54,943 bases of DNA from an uncultured Planctomycetia bacterium (GTDB lineage: Bacteria > Omnitrophota > Gorgyraeia > 1-14-0-20-64-10), in the NCBI GenBank assembly GCA_964597545.1, contig CAZQXN010000012.1:1-54943 (forward strand), in the 5' to 3' direction. Under the pieces are notes generated by a model. That model searched no databases. It worked only from the letters and a program-made list of their open reading frames with translations, and was not told the origin of the DNA. Both the position numbers and the translations under genes were made by a program. Of the stretch, positions 46,021 to 54,943 are shown one piece after another; positions within the stretch are counted from its first letter, which is position 1; every line of letters starts with the position of its first letter.

Positions 46021-46872
46021 TCAGGTGGCCAGGCGAAGTGGGTGGGGCGAGCGACAGACAGTCAGCACCGATCCGTAGCAGAAGGGAATAACATGGTGCC
46101 CTCCGTCCACACAAATCAAACCTTCCTTCATCAGAGAACCGATTCGGATCGGCCCCTGCAATGAAACAACACCCCCTCGAAGCCGGTAGGTCGTACGCAT
46201 CCCTCCATAAAGCTCACGGGGCCGATACTGCAGGGCCTGAGAGTCCTTAGGGATCAAGCGACCTCCTGCAGAGCGGATGGCTCCGGTGGAGCCGGCGGCA
46301 GTGGCCAACCACAAACCAGAAGAGCGCTGCTCCTCTGCCCTGCGGCCGATTTGAAGCCAGTATCGGCTCATGGCAGCCGGCTTGGCGTGCGTGATCAGAA
46401 GATCATTGAGCGCCGGGACCGGATGGGTCTTGCCTTCGATGACAAGGGTGAGTCTGTGAAGCCTTCGAAAGCGGGCTTTGCCTTCCAGGATTCGGTTGAG
46501 CTTCTTTTCAAAGGTTTTAGCGGTTGCCGCGCAGAAGGAGCCGACCGACCGAGCAGGATCAGAATTGACCCCCAAAACCCACGTGTTGCGGGCCAGCCGT
46601 GCGGCCTCTAGAAAGGTTCCGTCTCCGCCCACGGCGATGATGCCCTCCCACGTGCCGGCGCGCGGGGTTCGGGTTCGCTCAACCGATTGAAACTGGATTC
46701 CTCGGCTGCGAAGCACCCGGCGCACCACCTGAAGGGCTCTGCGATGGGCAGAGGCGGCCTGTTTTCGCCGGGCAACACTCTCCCGGATAAACCGGTGCTG
46801 CCGCCTGCCTTGAGACATCGGGCGCATCGGAGTTTTATAGACCAACAGAACCTTACGCGGCAACAGCGTCAT
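46021..46872 (-). CDS. NAD(H) kinase
   Basis: GGDGT; GVNSDP; ALND; SSG...TAAGST...SAGG. Confidence 0.88.
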   Translation of the reverse strand: MTLLPRKVLLVYKTPMRPMSQGRRQHRFIRESVARRKQAASAHRRALQVVRRVLRSRGIQFQSVERTRTPRAGTWEGIIAVGGDGTFLEAARLARNTWVLGVNSDPARSVGSFCAATAKTFEKKLNRILEGKARFRRLHRLTLVIEGKTHPVPALNDLLITHAKPAAMSRYWLQIGRRAEEQRSSGLWLATAAGSTGAIRSAGGRLIPKDSQALQYRPRELYGGMRTTYRLRGGVVSLQGPIRIGSLMKEGLICVDGGHHVIPFCYGSVLTVCRSPHPLRLAT

Positions 46873-47903
46873 TCGCTCCGAAAGGGATAGGTGGGTTTTG
46901 GCAGTCGACCTTTGTACAAAAGCTTGACCAAAGTGGCTGTGGTCTCTCGTTCCAACCGCTTCCAGGTTGCACTGCGGATGGGCCGTTTCAGGCGAATGGA
47001 GCCGCCGGCAATCGACCGGTGGCCGCCGGCCTTCTCCTTTTCCTGGAGGACCTTCTGGAGAAGCTTGCCGGCGTGGAAGCGAGGCCGGAGCGCTCGAACA
47101 GACAGGTGAAATCGGTCCTCATAGCGCCCGGTGCACAGGGCCCACCGCACCCCTTCATAGGTCAGTAGGAAGTCGGCGGTCTGCGCTACCAGATCCGGTG
47201 TGGCGACAAACCCCAGATGGGCCACCACCAAGTTCTTCAGCAGGAAGGCCCGCTCCAGAGAACAGCTCAGGGCACGAAAGAAGGAGAGGGGGCGCTGTGG
47301 ATTCTCGATTAAGGAGAGGGACTTGAGATCGCAGCGCGCCAGCAGCTCTTTGTAAACTCGGATGTCTGCATCTCGAACATCCCGTCCCAAATCCTGCGTC
47401 TCAGAGATGATGCCGTAGACCATGGCCGTTGCCAAGCGCCTGGAAAGGGGCACCTGCGCCCGCAACAGGGCCTGGGCGATGATCACGCTGGTTGCCCCTG
47501 CCTCTGGAATCAGGATGGAGCAGGCTGCCTTGGGGTGTTGAGTGACCGGATGGTGATCAATGACGATGTCCGCCCGCGAGGTGGCCGGAAACCGATTGTT
47601 ACCAAAGGCCGGCTGGGTATCGACCAGGGCCACGTGCTTGTACCGCTTGAAATCCGAACGGGGCTTGAGTACGTTCACTGGCAAATCTAAGAGACGCACC
47701 ATCGTTTGATTCTCAATCCGACCAATGATCCCTCCGTAGGCAATGCGACTGCGGATGCCAAAGCAGTGCTCCAAAAGAACCTTGAGCCCAAAGGCGCTGG
47801 CGACCGCATCCGGATCCGGGTGGTCATGCGTCAGGATGAGCATCGGAGAGAGGTGTTTCCGATTTGCTTGGAGAAAACTGAGGAGAGCGTTGACCCGTCT
47901 CAC
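46869..47903 (-). CDS. DHH/DHHA1 family phosphoesterase
   Basis: H..PDPDA; VDTQP; IDHH; AGGH..IAGG. Confidence 0.88.
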   Translation of the reverse strand: MRRVNALLSFLQANRKHLSPMLILTHDHPDPDAVASAFGLKVLLEHCFGIRSRIAYGGIIGRIENQTMVRLLDLPVNVLKPRSDFKRYKHVALVDTQPAFGNNRFPATSRADIVIDHHPVTQHPKAACSILIPEAGATSVIIAQALLRAQVPLSRRLATAMVYGIISETQDLGRDVRDADIRVYKELLARCDLKSLSLIENPQRPLSFFRALSCSLERAFLLKNLVVAHLGFVATPDLVAQTADFLLTYEGVRWALCTGRYEDRFHLSVRALRPRFHAGKLLQKVLQEKEKAGGHRSIAGGSIRLKRPIRSATWKRLERETTATLVKLLYKGRLPKPTYPFRSE

Positions 47904-49427
47904 TTACTTCTTTTCCGGGGTCGCAACAGGCTCGGTGGTATCTGTCACAACCACCTTGACCTCAACAACGGCAGAGCCGGTCTCGACCAAGCGAACATGC
48001 GCAGGGACAAGGAGTGTGGCCTGAAGGGTTTGGGTCTCTTCAATGGCTTTTAAACTCAGTGGCTCGGTCGGCAATTTCTGGGTTTTCTCACCAAGGGATT
48101 TCCAAACCTTCGCCTTGACCTGAGGTGGATGGGGAACCAGGGCGGTCAGCTCCAGGCCCCTGCGCAACCTTCCGGTGGTCTGGACCTCGACCGGAAGTTC
48201 GCGCGTGACCACCTGATGGGCCTTCAGCCCAATGACGTCGGGCTCTACGCGATAGAGGGACAGGTTGGAAGGGTTTTTCAGGCTCTTCGCGGTAACGGCA
48301 AGCTGCTGAGCACCTTCTTGAATCCCAGACAAATCCATCGAAAGGATGAGGTTGGTGGGATTGAGTAGATAAAAGGCCCGCTCAGAACCGGAGAGGGTGA
48401 TCTTGGCCTCGGCTTGCTTGGGACCCTCGAGAATCCAGTCGGCCGGAAGATTTCGGTACTCCACCGGAACCACGAAGGTGCGATGGATGGTCCCCAGCTG
48501 ATAGGCAAAGAAAAACCAGGCCAGGCAGGCCAGCGCTACCGAGAGCACTTTAATGCGGGCATCCTGCCTGAAGAGATTCCTCCAGAACCCTGCCCGGGAG
48601 GAGACGGACTGCGCCTGCCAGAAACGGTTGAGCTGATCCTTGAGCTCTGCGGCCGAACCCACCGTGGTCAGCCGTCCCCCCTTGGCGATGCTGATGTCTC
48701 CCCTCTCCTCGGACACCGCCAGGATCAGCGCATCGGAGCACTCTGAAAGTCCGAGCGCCGCTGTGTGGCGCGTCCCCCGCGTGCCCACCTCTCTGAGGTT
48801 CTTGGACAGGGGCAGCTGGCAGCCGAACCGGGCCATGCGGTCTTCTTCAATCAAGACCGCGCCATCATGCCCGGCGGAATGAGGATCAAAGATGCTGTAG
48901 AGCAAGGGCTTACTGATCTTTCCATGGAGAACGATCCCGCCCTGAATGTGGCGCTCCAGTGGTTCTTGCCCCTTGAAGACAACCAATGCTCCTGTCTTCT
49001 TTTCGGCAAGGGTCGTCATCACTTCAATGAGGCTGTCCAGCGAAACGGATGAGGAGATGGGTCTGCGCCGGTCACGAAAGGTCCCCAGCAGGGCAATGCG
49101 TTCGAACCCGCGCCGGATGTCCTCCTGAAAGACCACAACCAGTGCAACCACCAAAACAGCAAAGGCCCCCTGAAACAGGAGGGAGGTCAGCGTCAAGCTG
49201 AAGGTGCGGGCCAACAGATAAATCACAGTCACCACTGAAACGCCGACGATCATCGAGCGGGAGGCAGCATGCCTAAACCAGGTGATGGCAAGGTAGAGAA
49301 AGATGGCAATGACGGTAATATCAAAAAAATCAGCCATGCGAAAGTTCTGTCCGAGCTCCTGAAACATGGTCCCCTCAAAATTCATGCTGCAGATCTCCTT
49401 TTCGCTCTCGCTGTTTCTTTCCAGCAT
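47904..49427 (-). CDS. Diadenylate cyclase (CdaA-like, three TM) fused to TM and YbbR (CdaR-like) domains
   Basis: VVFQEDIRR; GALVV; HDGAV; GTRHTAALGLSE; VSEERG; second TM then two YbbR-like repeats; start probably nearer 49385 or 49367. Confidence 0.88.
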   Translation of the reverse strand: MLERNSESEKEICSMNFEGTMFQELGQNFRMADFFDITVIAIFLYLAITWFRHAASRSMIVGVSVVTVIYLLARTFSLTLTSLLFQGAFAVLVVALVVVFQEDIRRGFERIALLGTFRDRRRPISSSVSLDSLIEVMTTLAEKKTGALVVFKGQEPLERHIQGGIVLHGKISKPLLYSIFDPHSAGHDGAVLIEEDRMARFGCQLPLSKNLREVGTRGTRHTAALGLSECSDALILAVSEERGDISIAKGGRLTTVGSAAELKDQLNRFWQAQSVSSRAGFWRNLFRQDARIKVLSVALACLAWFFFAYQLGTIHRTFVVPVEYRNLPADWILEGPKQAEAKITLSGSERAFYLLNPTNLILSMDLSGIQEGAQQLAVTAKSLKNPSNLSLYRVEPDVIGLKAHQVVTRELPVEVQTTGRLRRGLELTALVPHPPQVKAKVWKSLGEKTQKLPTEPLSLKAIEETQTLQATLLVPAHVRLVETGSAVVEVKVVVTDTTEPVATPEKK

Positions 49428-49478
49428 CCATTATACGCCGTCGGAGGCGTGGTATCATACCCCTGAAAGGAACCCGCC

Positions 49479-49955
49479 ATGAAAGAAAAACCGGTCCAAG
49501 AGCGCTTAAAGAAAACGAAGATCTCTGAGGTCGTTACGCCTAAGTGCGTTCAAGCCAAGGCCAGCATCTCCGTCGATGAGGCCATCTCCTTAATGCAAAC
49601 CAACAGGTCCGGCTACATCATTTTGGTGGAAACCGGCCAGGTGGCGGGGATCTTCACTGAAACAGATGTTGTGCGTAAGGTCCTGGCTCAAAAAATCGAC
49701 CGCGGAGGCCCTGTCCGGGAGCTGATGACCTCCAGCCCGCACATACTTGCCCCCAACGACTCCGTAGCCGACGCCATTGCCCTCATGGGCAAGCACCGGG
49801 TCTACCACATTCCGCTCACTGACAAGGCCGGAAAGCTCGCCGGCGTCCTGTCGGTCCGGACACTCATTCGTTTCCTGGCAGCATTCTACCCCAAAGAAAT
49901 CTACAACCTGCCTCCGGATCCAAATCAAATCATGGACACGCCGGAAGGGGGCTAA
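49479..49955 (+). CDS. Stand-alone CBS-pair protein
   Basis: GIFTETD and GVLSVR CBS motifs. Confidence 0.88.
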   Translation: MKEKPVQERLKKTKISEVVTPKCVQAKASISVDEAISLMQTNRSGYIILVETGQVAGIFTETDVVRKVLAQKIDRGGPVRELMTSSPHILAPNDSVADAIALMGKHRVYHIPLTDKAGKLAGVLSVRTLIRFLAAFYPKEIYNLPPDPNQIMDTPEGG

Positions 49956-51820
49956 TGAAGAAAGCATCTCAGCCGCTCGCCCAATCCCGAAAGAAACAAC
50001 AGGAGGCTGGCGCCATTACTGTGCGTTTTGCCGGCGACTCGGGCGACGGAATACAGTTGGCAGGCGACCAGTTCACCGATACTGCTGCGGTGATGGGCAA
50101 TGATTTTTCTACCTTCCCGGATTTTCCGGCAGAGATCCGCGCCCCTGCCGGGACCCTGCCGGGGGTCAGCTCCTTTCAGATTCAGTTCTCAGATTCGATC
50201 ATCTTCACCCCTGGTGATCAAGCCGACGCCTTGATCACCATGAACCCGGCGGCACTCAAGGTCGATTTAAAGCGGGTCAGGCCCGGGGGGTTGGTGATCG
50301 TCAATGAAAATGCCTTCAACGAGATGAGCCTCAAGAAGGCGGCCTGGCAGACCAACCCCCTCACGGACAAAACCCTCGAGGGTTTTGAGCTCGTTAAGGT
50401 CCCCCTGGGGGAGCTGACCATCCAAACCCTCAAACCCCTGGGACTGGTACCCGGCGAGGTGGATCGGTGCAAGAACTTCACCGCCTTAGGGATCATCTTC
50501 TGGATTTACAACCGAAGCATGGACCACACAATCCGCTGGATCCAAAATCGGTTTGCCAAGCGCCCTGAGATCGTCCAGGCCAATATTGCGGCCCTTCAAG
50601 CCGGCTTTAGCTATGCGGAGGCCACAGAGCTTCTTCCGGTTCAGTTTCACGTCAAAAAAGCGGCCCTGGAACCCGGCACCTACCGCAAGATTACCGGCAA
50701 TGAGGCGGTAGCGCTGGGGCTCATTACCGCTGCACGGCTGGCAAATAAAACCCTCTTCTACGGCTCCTATCCGATCACCCCAGCCAGCACCATCCTGCAT
50801 GAGTTGGCGCTGCACAAGAATTTTGGGGTTAAGGTCTTTCAAGCAGAGGATGAAATTGCCGCCATGGGGGCGGCAATCGGTGCTGCTTATGGAGGTGAGG
50901 TGGGCGCAACAGGCACCAGCGGGCCTGGAATGTGTCTCAAATCCGAAGCCCTGAACTTAGCGGTCATGGTGGAACTTCCGGTGGTAGTGGTCAACGTCCA
51001 GCGGGGCGGCCCCAGCACCGGGATGCCGACCAAAACCGAGCAGACCGACCTGCTGCAAGCTTTATTCGGTCGCCACGGAGAGTCTCCCATCGCAGTCGTG
51101 GCGGCTCGATCCCCTGCCGACTGCTTCTGGATGGCGCTTGAGGCGACACGGATCGCCATCCATCACATGACTCCGGTGATTTACCTTACCGAATCGTATC
51201 TGGCTAACGCTGCCGAGCCTTGGAAGCTGCCTGACATTGAACAGCTGCCTGAGATTCTGGTAAAGCACCCGGCAGCATCTGAGGCCGCGTATTTCAAGCC
51301 CTATGCGCGTGACCCCAAGACCTTTGCCCGCCCGTGGGGGATTCCCGGTATCGCGGGGCTCGAACACCGGGTCGGCGGCTTGGCAAAAGCAGATCAAACC
51401 GGTCATGTCAGCTATGCTCCGGAGAACAATCAAAAGCTGACAGCGCTCAGGGCAGAAAAGATCCTCCGGATTGCCGAAGAGATCCCGGAGCAAGAGCTCT
51501 TAGGGCCCCCAAAGGGCAAGCTGCTTATCCTGGGTTGGGGTGGAACCTTTGGGACCATCCGCCAGGCGGCTGCAATGCTTAAAGAATCCGGCATCACCAT
51601 CTCCCACGCCCACTTGAATTACCTCAACCCCTTTCCGAAGAATTTAGGGGAGATCCTCAAGCGTTTCGAGCAGGTCTTGGTTCCGGAGCTGAACATGGGT
51701 CAGCTGCTCTTCATCTTAAAATCCCAATTCCCCGAAGTTTGCGCTGTGGGGCTCCATAAGGTGCAGGGAATCCCGTTGGAGGCGCGCGAGATCATAGAAA
51801 AGGTACGAAAGCTCCTATGA
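49955..51820 (+). CDS. korA: 2-oxoacid:ferredoxin oxidoreductase alpha subunit (gamma-alpha fusion)
   Basis: FAGDSGDG; PAEIRAP; YPITPAS; QAEDEIAA; QRGGPSTG.PTK.EQ. Confidence 0.93.
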   Translation: MKKASQPLAQSRKKQQEAGAITVRFAGDSGDGIQLAGDQFTDTAAVMGNDFSTFPDFPAEIRAPAGTLPGVSSFQIQFSDSIIFTPGDQADALITMNPAALKVDLKRVRPGGLVIVNENAFNEMSLKKAAWQTNPLTDKTLEGFELVKVPLGELTIQTLKPLGLVPGEVDRCKNFTALGIIFWIYNRSMDHTIRWIQNRFAKRPEIVQANIAALQAGFSYAEATELLPVQFHVKKAALEPGTYRKITGNEAVALGLITAARLANKTLFYGSYPITPASTILHELALHKNFGVKVFQAEDEIAAMGAAIGAAYGGEVGATGTSGPGMCLKSEALNLAVMVELPVVVVNVQRGGPSTGMPTKTEQTDLLQALFGRHGESPIAVVAARSPADCFWMALEATRIAIHHMTPVIYLTESYLANAAEPWKLPDIEQLPEILVKHPAASEAAYFKPYARDPKTFARPWGIPGIAGLEHRVGGLAKADQTGHVSYAPENNQKLTALRAEKILRIAEEIPEQELLGPPKGKLLILGWGGTFGTIRQAAAMLKESGITISHAHLNYLNPFPKNLGEILKRFEQVLVPELNMGQLLFILKSQFPEVCAVGLHKVQGIPLEAREIIEKVRKLL

Positions 51821-52833
51821 GCGGACAGCCCCCTCGCCCCCCGAACACCAAAAGCGATTTCGTCTCCGATCAGCAAGTGCGCTGGTGCCCGGGGTGCGGC
51901 GATTATGCCATCCTCTCGATGGTCCAGCGGACCCTGGCCAAGCTTGACCTGCCCAAAGAGAACTATGTCTTTATCTCCGGCATCGGCTGCTCCAGTCGCT
52001 TCCCCTACTACATGAATACCTACGGCTTCCACGCCATTCACGGTCGGGCGCTGACGATCGGCGCGGGACTTAAATGCGTTAACCCTAAGCTTTCCGTCTG
52101 GGTCATCACCGGTGATGGGGATGGGCTTTCCATCGGAACCAATCACCTGATTCATGCCCTGCGCAAGAATTTAGACCTCAAGGTCCTCTTGGTCAACAAC
52201 CGGATCTACGGCCTGACCAAGGGTCAATATTCCCCCACCTCAGAGATGGGCAAGAAGACCCGCTCCTCGCCCCTCGGCACCATAGAACGTCCCATCAACG
52301 CCCTGGCCGTCGCCCTGGCCTCTGAGGCTACCTTTGTTGCCCGCGCAATCGATGCCGTCCCCAATCACTTAGGGGCCGTGTTGGAGCGGGCAGCCCTTCA
52401 CAAGGGATCGGCCTTTGTTGAGATCTATCAAAACTGCCTCATCTTTAACGACAAGGCCTATGACCCGATTGCGGGGCGGGACCACCGGGAAGATCGAATG
52501 GTTCAGCTCCAGGACGGCCAACCCTTGATTTTCGGCAAAGAGAAGGATCGAGCCATTCGGATTCGCTCGATGCAGCCGGAGGTGGTGAAGCTCTCTGAGG
52601 TTCCAAGGGAGGAGTTGTGCCTTCATGATGAAAAACGGGACCCGCAGTATGCGTATCTCTTGGCCCACATGGAGCACCCGGAGCTGCCGGTCCCCATTGG
52701 CGTCTTCCGGGCAGTCCAGCGCCCCACCTACGAAACACTGCTGGACGACCAAATCCGATCTGCCGTGGAAACAGACGGGCCTGGCGACTTAAGATCCCTC
52801 ATCTATGGTGCTGATACCTGGAGGGTTGTGTAA
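51817..52833 (+). CDS. korB: 2-oxoacid:ferredoxin oxidoreductase beta subunit
   Basis: WCPGCGD; SGIGCSSR; HGR; TPP motif GDGD...NN; YGLTKGQ.SPT. Confidence 0.93.
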   Translation: MSGQPPRPPNTKSDFVSDQQVRWCPGCGDYAILSMVQRTLAKLDLPKENYVFISGIGCSSRFPYYMNTYGFHAIHGRALTIGAGLKCVNPKLSVWVITGDGDGLSIGTNHLIHALRKNLDLKVLLVNNRIYGLTKGQYSPTSEMGKKTRSSPLGTIERPINALAVALASEATFVARAIDAVPNHLGAVLERAALHKGSAFVEIYQNCLIFNDKAYDPIAGRDHREDRMVQLQDGQPLIFGKEKDRAIRIRSMQPEVVKLSEVPREELCLHDEKRDPQYAYLLAHMEHPELPVPIGVFRAVQRPTYETLLDDQIRSAVETDGPGDLRSLIYGADTWRVV

Positions 52834-53366
52834 TGGAATCTGTCTGCCCTGCGTGCCATTTTAAGAACTTCCCGGGTGAGGAACGCTGCACCCAGTGCCT
52901 GCATTCTTTGATGCAGCGGGAGCTTCCCAAACCCCGCAAGGAGGATGCGTACCAGAACGCCATGATGACCGCACCCATTGAGGTCTTGATCACCGGAAAT
53001 GACCTGCTGGTCGCCAACAAGACTGACTCGGTCAAGAAGGTCTCGGAGGTGCTCAGCAAGGAAAAGAAAGATGCAGTCCTAATCTACGAAAAGAAGAAGT
53101 TGGTGGGGATTGTCTCGGTGCGGGATCTGCTCAAAAAAGCGTCGGGCGGCACCTTTGACGTCGACTCTCCGGTGGGTAATGTCATGACCCCTTGGCCCGA
53201 GGCGGTGGGACTCAAGGATCCCATTGCTTTTGCCGTCAACAAGATGGCCATGGGGGGGTTTCGTCACGTGCCGGTTTTGGCGGCAAACGGCGCCCCGGTC
53301 ACCATCGTCTCCATCAAGGATGTCTTAAATTATCTCGCCGGCGACAAACCCAGATCAGCATCCTGA
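52833..53366 (+). CDS. Zinc-ribbon plus CBS-pair protein
   Basis: CPAC...N......C.QC followed by CBS motifs (GIVSVRD, GFRHVPV). Confidence 0.85.
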   Translation: MESVCPACHFKNFPGEERCTQCLHSLMQRELPKPRKEDAYQNAMMTAPIEVLITGNDLLVANKTDSVKKVSEVLSKEKKDAVLIYEKKKLVGIVSVRDLLKKASGGTFDVDSPVGNVMTPWPEAVGLKDPIAFAVNKMAMGGFRHVPVLAANGAPVTIVSIKDVLNYLAGDKPRSAS

Positions 53367-53975
53367 CGCCGCAAAACCCTTACGCTTGGCCAGAAGCTCA
53401 ACCCATCTCCCGGGCCTGACATCATTGCAGCTGGACTTAAGGCTTACAATCTCCCACTTGCCAAAGAAACGGGCCAATTCCTGGTGGGTATAGCAAGCAA
53501 CATACCGACCCGGAATCCAGTCGCTCTGAGCAATGTCCTTACGCCTGCCCCAAGCAAAAACAGATCCCAAAAACCCACCCGGCTTTATGGCGCGGCACAG
53601 CTTCGTAAGCTCCGCGGTCAGCTGCCGGGGAGTCAAGTGAATCAGGGAGGCGTGGCACCAGATTCCATCGTACTGCGCTGATGCTAAGCGCGTTGTCTCG
53701 AACCGGCCCTGGATGATCCGAGCCTTGGGGTTGCGTGCTCTCGCCGCTTCCACAAAATCCGGTGTTGCGTCGAGCCCTTCGACCGCAAGGCCCCAAGAAG
53801 ACATCCAAGCCAGATCTACGCCAATTCCGCAGCCATAATCCAAGACAGCGCCCCCGGGTGGAAGCGTTTTCGCAAATTGGCGCAGAAATCGAGAGGGTTT
53901 CTTTCGGGTTTGGGCCCAGTTTTCGATCGCCTGGGCAGCATGGTAGCGATAGGCAACGAGTGTGCTGTCAGTCAT
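53355..53975 (-). CDS. Class I SAM-dependent methyltransferase
   Basis: VLDYGCG.G.D; G.D; YDGIW..ASL.H; KPGG; start 53975 or 53993. Confidence 0.88.
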   Translation of the reverse strand: MTDSTLVAYRYHAAQAIENWAQTRKKPSRFLRQFAKTLPPGGAVLDYGCGIGVDLAWMSSWGLAVEGLDATPDFVEAARARNPKARIIQGRFETTRLASAQYDGIWCHASLIHLTPRQLTAELTKLCRAIKPGGFLGSVFAWGRRKDIAQSDWIPGRYVACYTHQELARFFGKWEIVSLKSSCNDVRPGRWVELLAKRKGFAASGC

Positions 53976-54384
53976 TCTCTGTGGGTCTGGCACGCAGCTG
54001 CTTGGTGCGGGAGCGGTGTTTTTTGTTGGCCAACATCTTCTCCTTGGCCCGGCGGCTTCTGCGCCGCTTCTGCTTTCGGAGTTTGTGGATGCGTTTCTGT
54101 TCGGCGCTCAACTTGCCGAGTCTTTGGGTCTCCAAGCGCTCCACCAACAAGCGCCTGGCCATAAAGCGGTTTAAAGCCTGGGAGCGTTCCTGTTGAACCT
54201 TGACCTCGAATCCAGAAGGCCGATGCTTCAGCCAAACGCAGGTAGAGACCTTATTGACATTCTGGCCCCCTGGGCCGCCGGCCCGAATAAACCGCTCGGC
54301 CAAATCCTTCTCCCGGATCCCAAAGCGGCTCATCCGCGCTTTCAGCGCTTCATGCTTTGCGTCACTGACACCAAAAGGATTCAT
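53968..54384 (-). CDS. Stand-alone GGQ peptidyl-tRNA hydrolase / ribosome-rescue factor
   Basis: GPGGQNVNK; Q.ERSQ..NR; long basic tail; GGAGG SD before ATG54384. Confidence 0.88.
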   Translation of the reverse strand: MNPFGVSDAKHEALKARMSRFGIREKDLAERFIRAGGPGGQNVNKVSTCVWLKHRPSGFEVKVQQERSQALNRFMARRLLVERLETQRLGKLSAEQKRIHKLRKQKRRRSRRAKEKMLANKKHRSRTKQLRARPTEND

Positions 54385-54395
54385 TGATCCTCCCA

Positions 54396-54430
54396 AAGAA
54401 AAAGCGGGCCCAGGAAATCCTGGGCCCGCT
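54396..54430 (-). terminator. Intrinsic terminator after csp
   Basis: AGCGGGCCCAGG...CCTGGGCCCGCT stem followed by TTTTCTTT on the minus strand. Confidence 0.85.
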
Positions 54431-54457
54431 GACAAACAATCGAAAAGGGTCTTAGCC

Positions 54458-54676
54458 TTACGACTGATCGACCGGGGAAAGCCGCGTCACGTTGGAAGCC
54501 TGCTCTCCCTTGGGGCCGGTGGTAACATCAAACTCCACCGCTTCGCCCTCACGAAGGGTCTTAAAGCCATCGCCCTGAATTGCGGAGAAATGGACGAAAA
54601 CGTCCTTTCCTGCCTCAGTTGCGACAAAACCATATCCCTTCTGGTCACTGAACCACTTAACTGTTCCTTTTGCCAT
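54458..54676 (-). CDS. cspA: Cold-shock protein
   Basis: GTVKWF; KGYGF (RNP1); DVFVHFSAI (RNP2). Confidence 0.95.
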   Translation of the reverse strand: MAKGTVKWFSDQKGYGFVATEAGKDVFVHFSAIQGDGFKTLREGEAVEFDVTTGPKGEQASNVTRLSPVDQS

Positions 54677-54888
54677 TTTCTTGTGTTTCCTTTCATTCGT
54701 TTTTTTGGAACGACTAAGATATATAAGACCCTACAAACAAAAAAGGCTGTCGCTTAAGTTAAAGCCGACAGCCGTTAAACTCGTCTTGCCTATAAAATCC
54801 TCACTCAGTCGTCTTTCACTTACCTGTACTTCAACTACAGGGATAGTGTACCATTTTCCGTCGAAGAGTCAAGAGAAATCGACGCAAT

Positions 54889-54943
54889 TGTCAAACCAAA
54901 ATAGAAATGTCCGGTTTTCACCAAGATAGAAATGTCCGGTTTT
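54889..54943 (+). mobile_element. Probable insertion-sequence terminus (IS1202/ISNCY- or IS21-like), truncated at the window edge
   Basis: TGT start followed by two 24-bp direct repeats ACCAA[A/G]ATAGAAATGTCCGGTTTT (54895-54918, 54920-54943). Confidence 0.55.

Overview
High-GC, gene-dense bacterial window with about 50 CDS and no rRNA, tRNA or CRISPR array seen. Gene style suggests a diderm anaerobe or facultative anaerobe, possibly Candidatus Omnitrophota/PVC (inference, not tested). From left to right: a 1531-aa secreted/membrane protein punctuated by [S/A/G]GLEE motifs; a small acidic secreted protein under a c-di-GMP-I riboswitch with terminator; vanZ-like; mtnA plus class II aldolase; an ECF sigma/anti-sigma operon led by a basic repeat protein; a porin-Crp/Fnr-B12 radical SAM-hemY-SPASM radical SAM-thiH-like operon; a trehalose cluster (two TreT, DUF5752-like, otsB, membrane-anchored otsA) with an ADP-forming acyl-CoA synthetase and mutY; small zinc-finger/Yip1 genes; MarR-TolC-RND without an adaptor; a TPR/omptin-like barrel; an unannotated 20-aa Lys-rich micropeptide gene; mscS; a BrnT-like toxin, extended antitoxin and third gene; LOG, gph, glgP, purC, hemH, hemE; a DAC-YbbR/DHH/NAD kinase operon divergent from CBS-korA-korB-CBS; a methyltransferase, a GGQ rescue factor, csp, and a probable IS end at the right edge. 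Best candidates for novelty are the GLEE-delimited protein, the micropeptide gene, the riboswitch-controlled acidic protein, the three-gene TA module and the c-di-AMP/CBS/OFOR arrangement. All family calls are by-eye motif recognition; no database searches were run. Several start codons were re-chosen relative to the ORF track.
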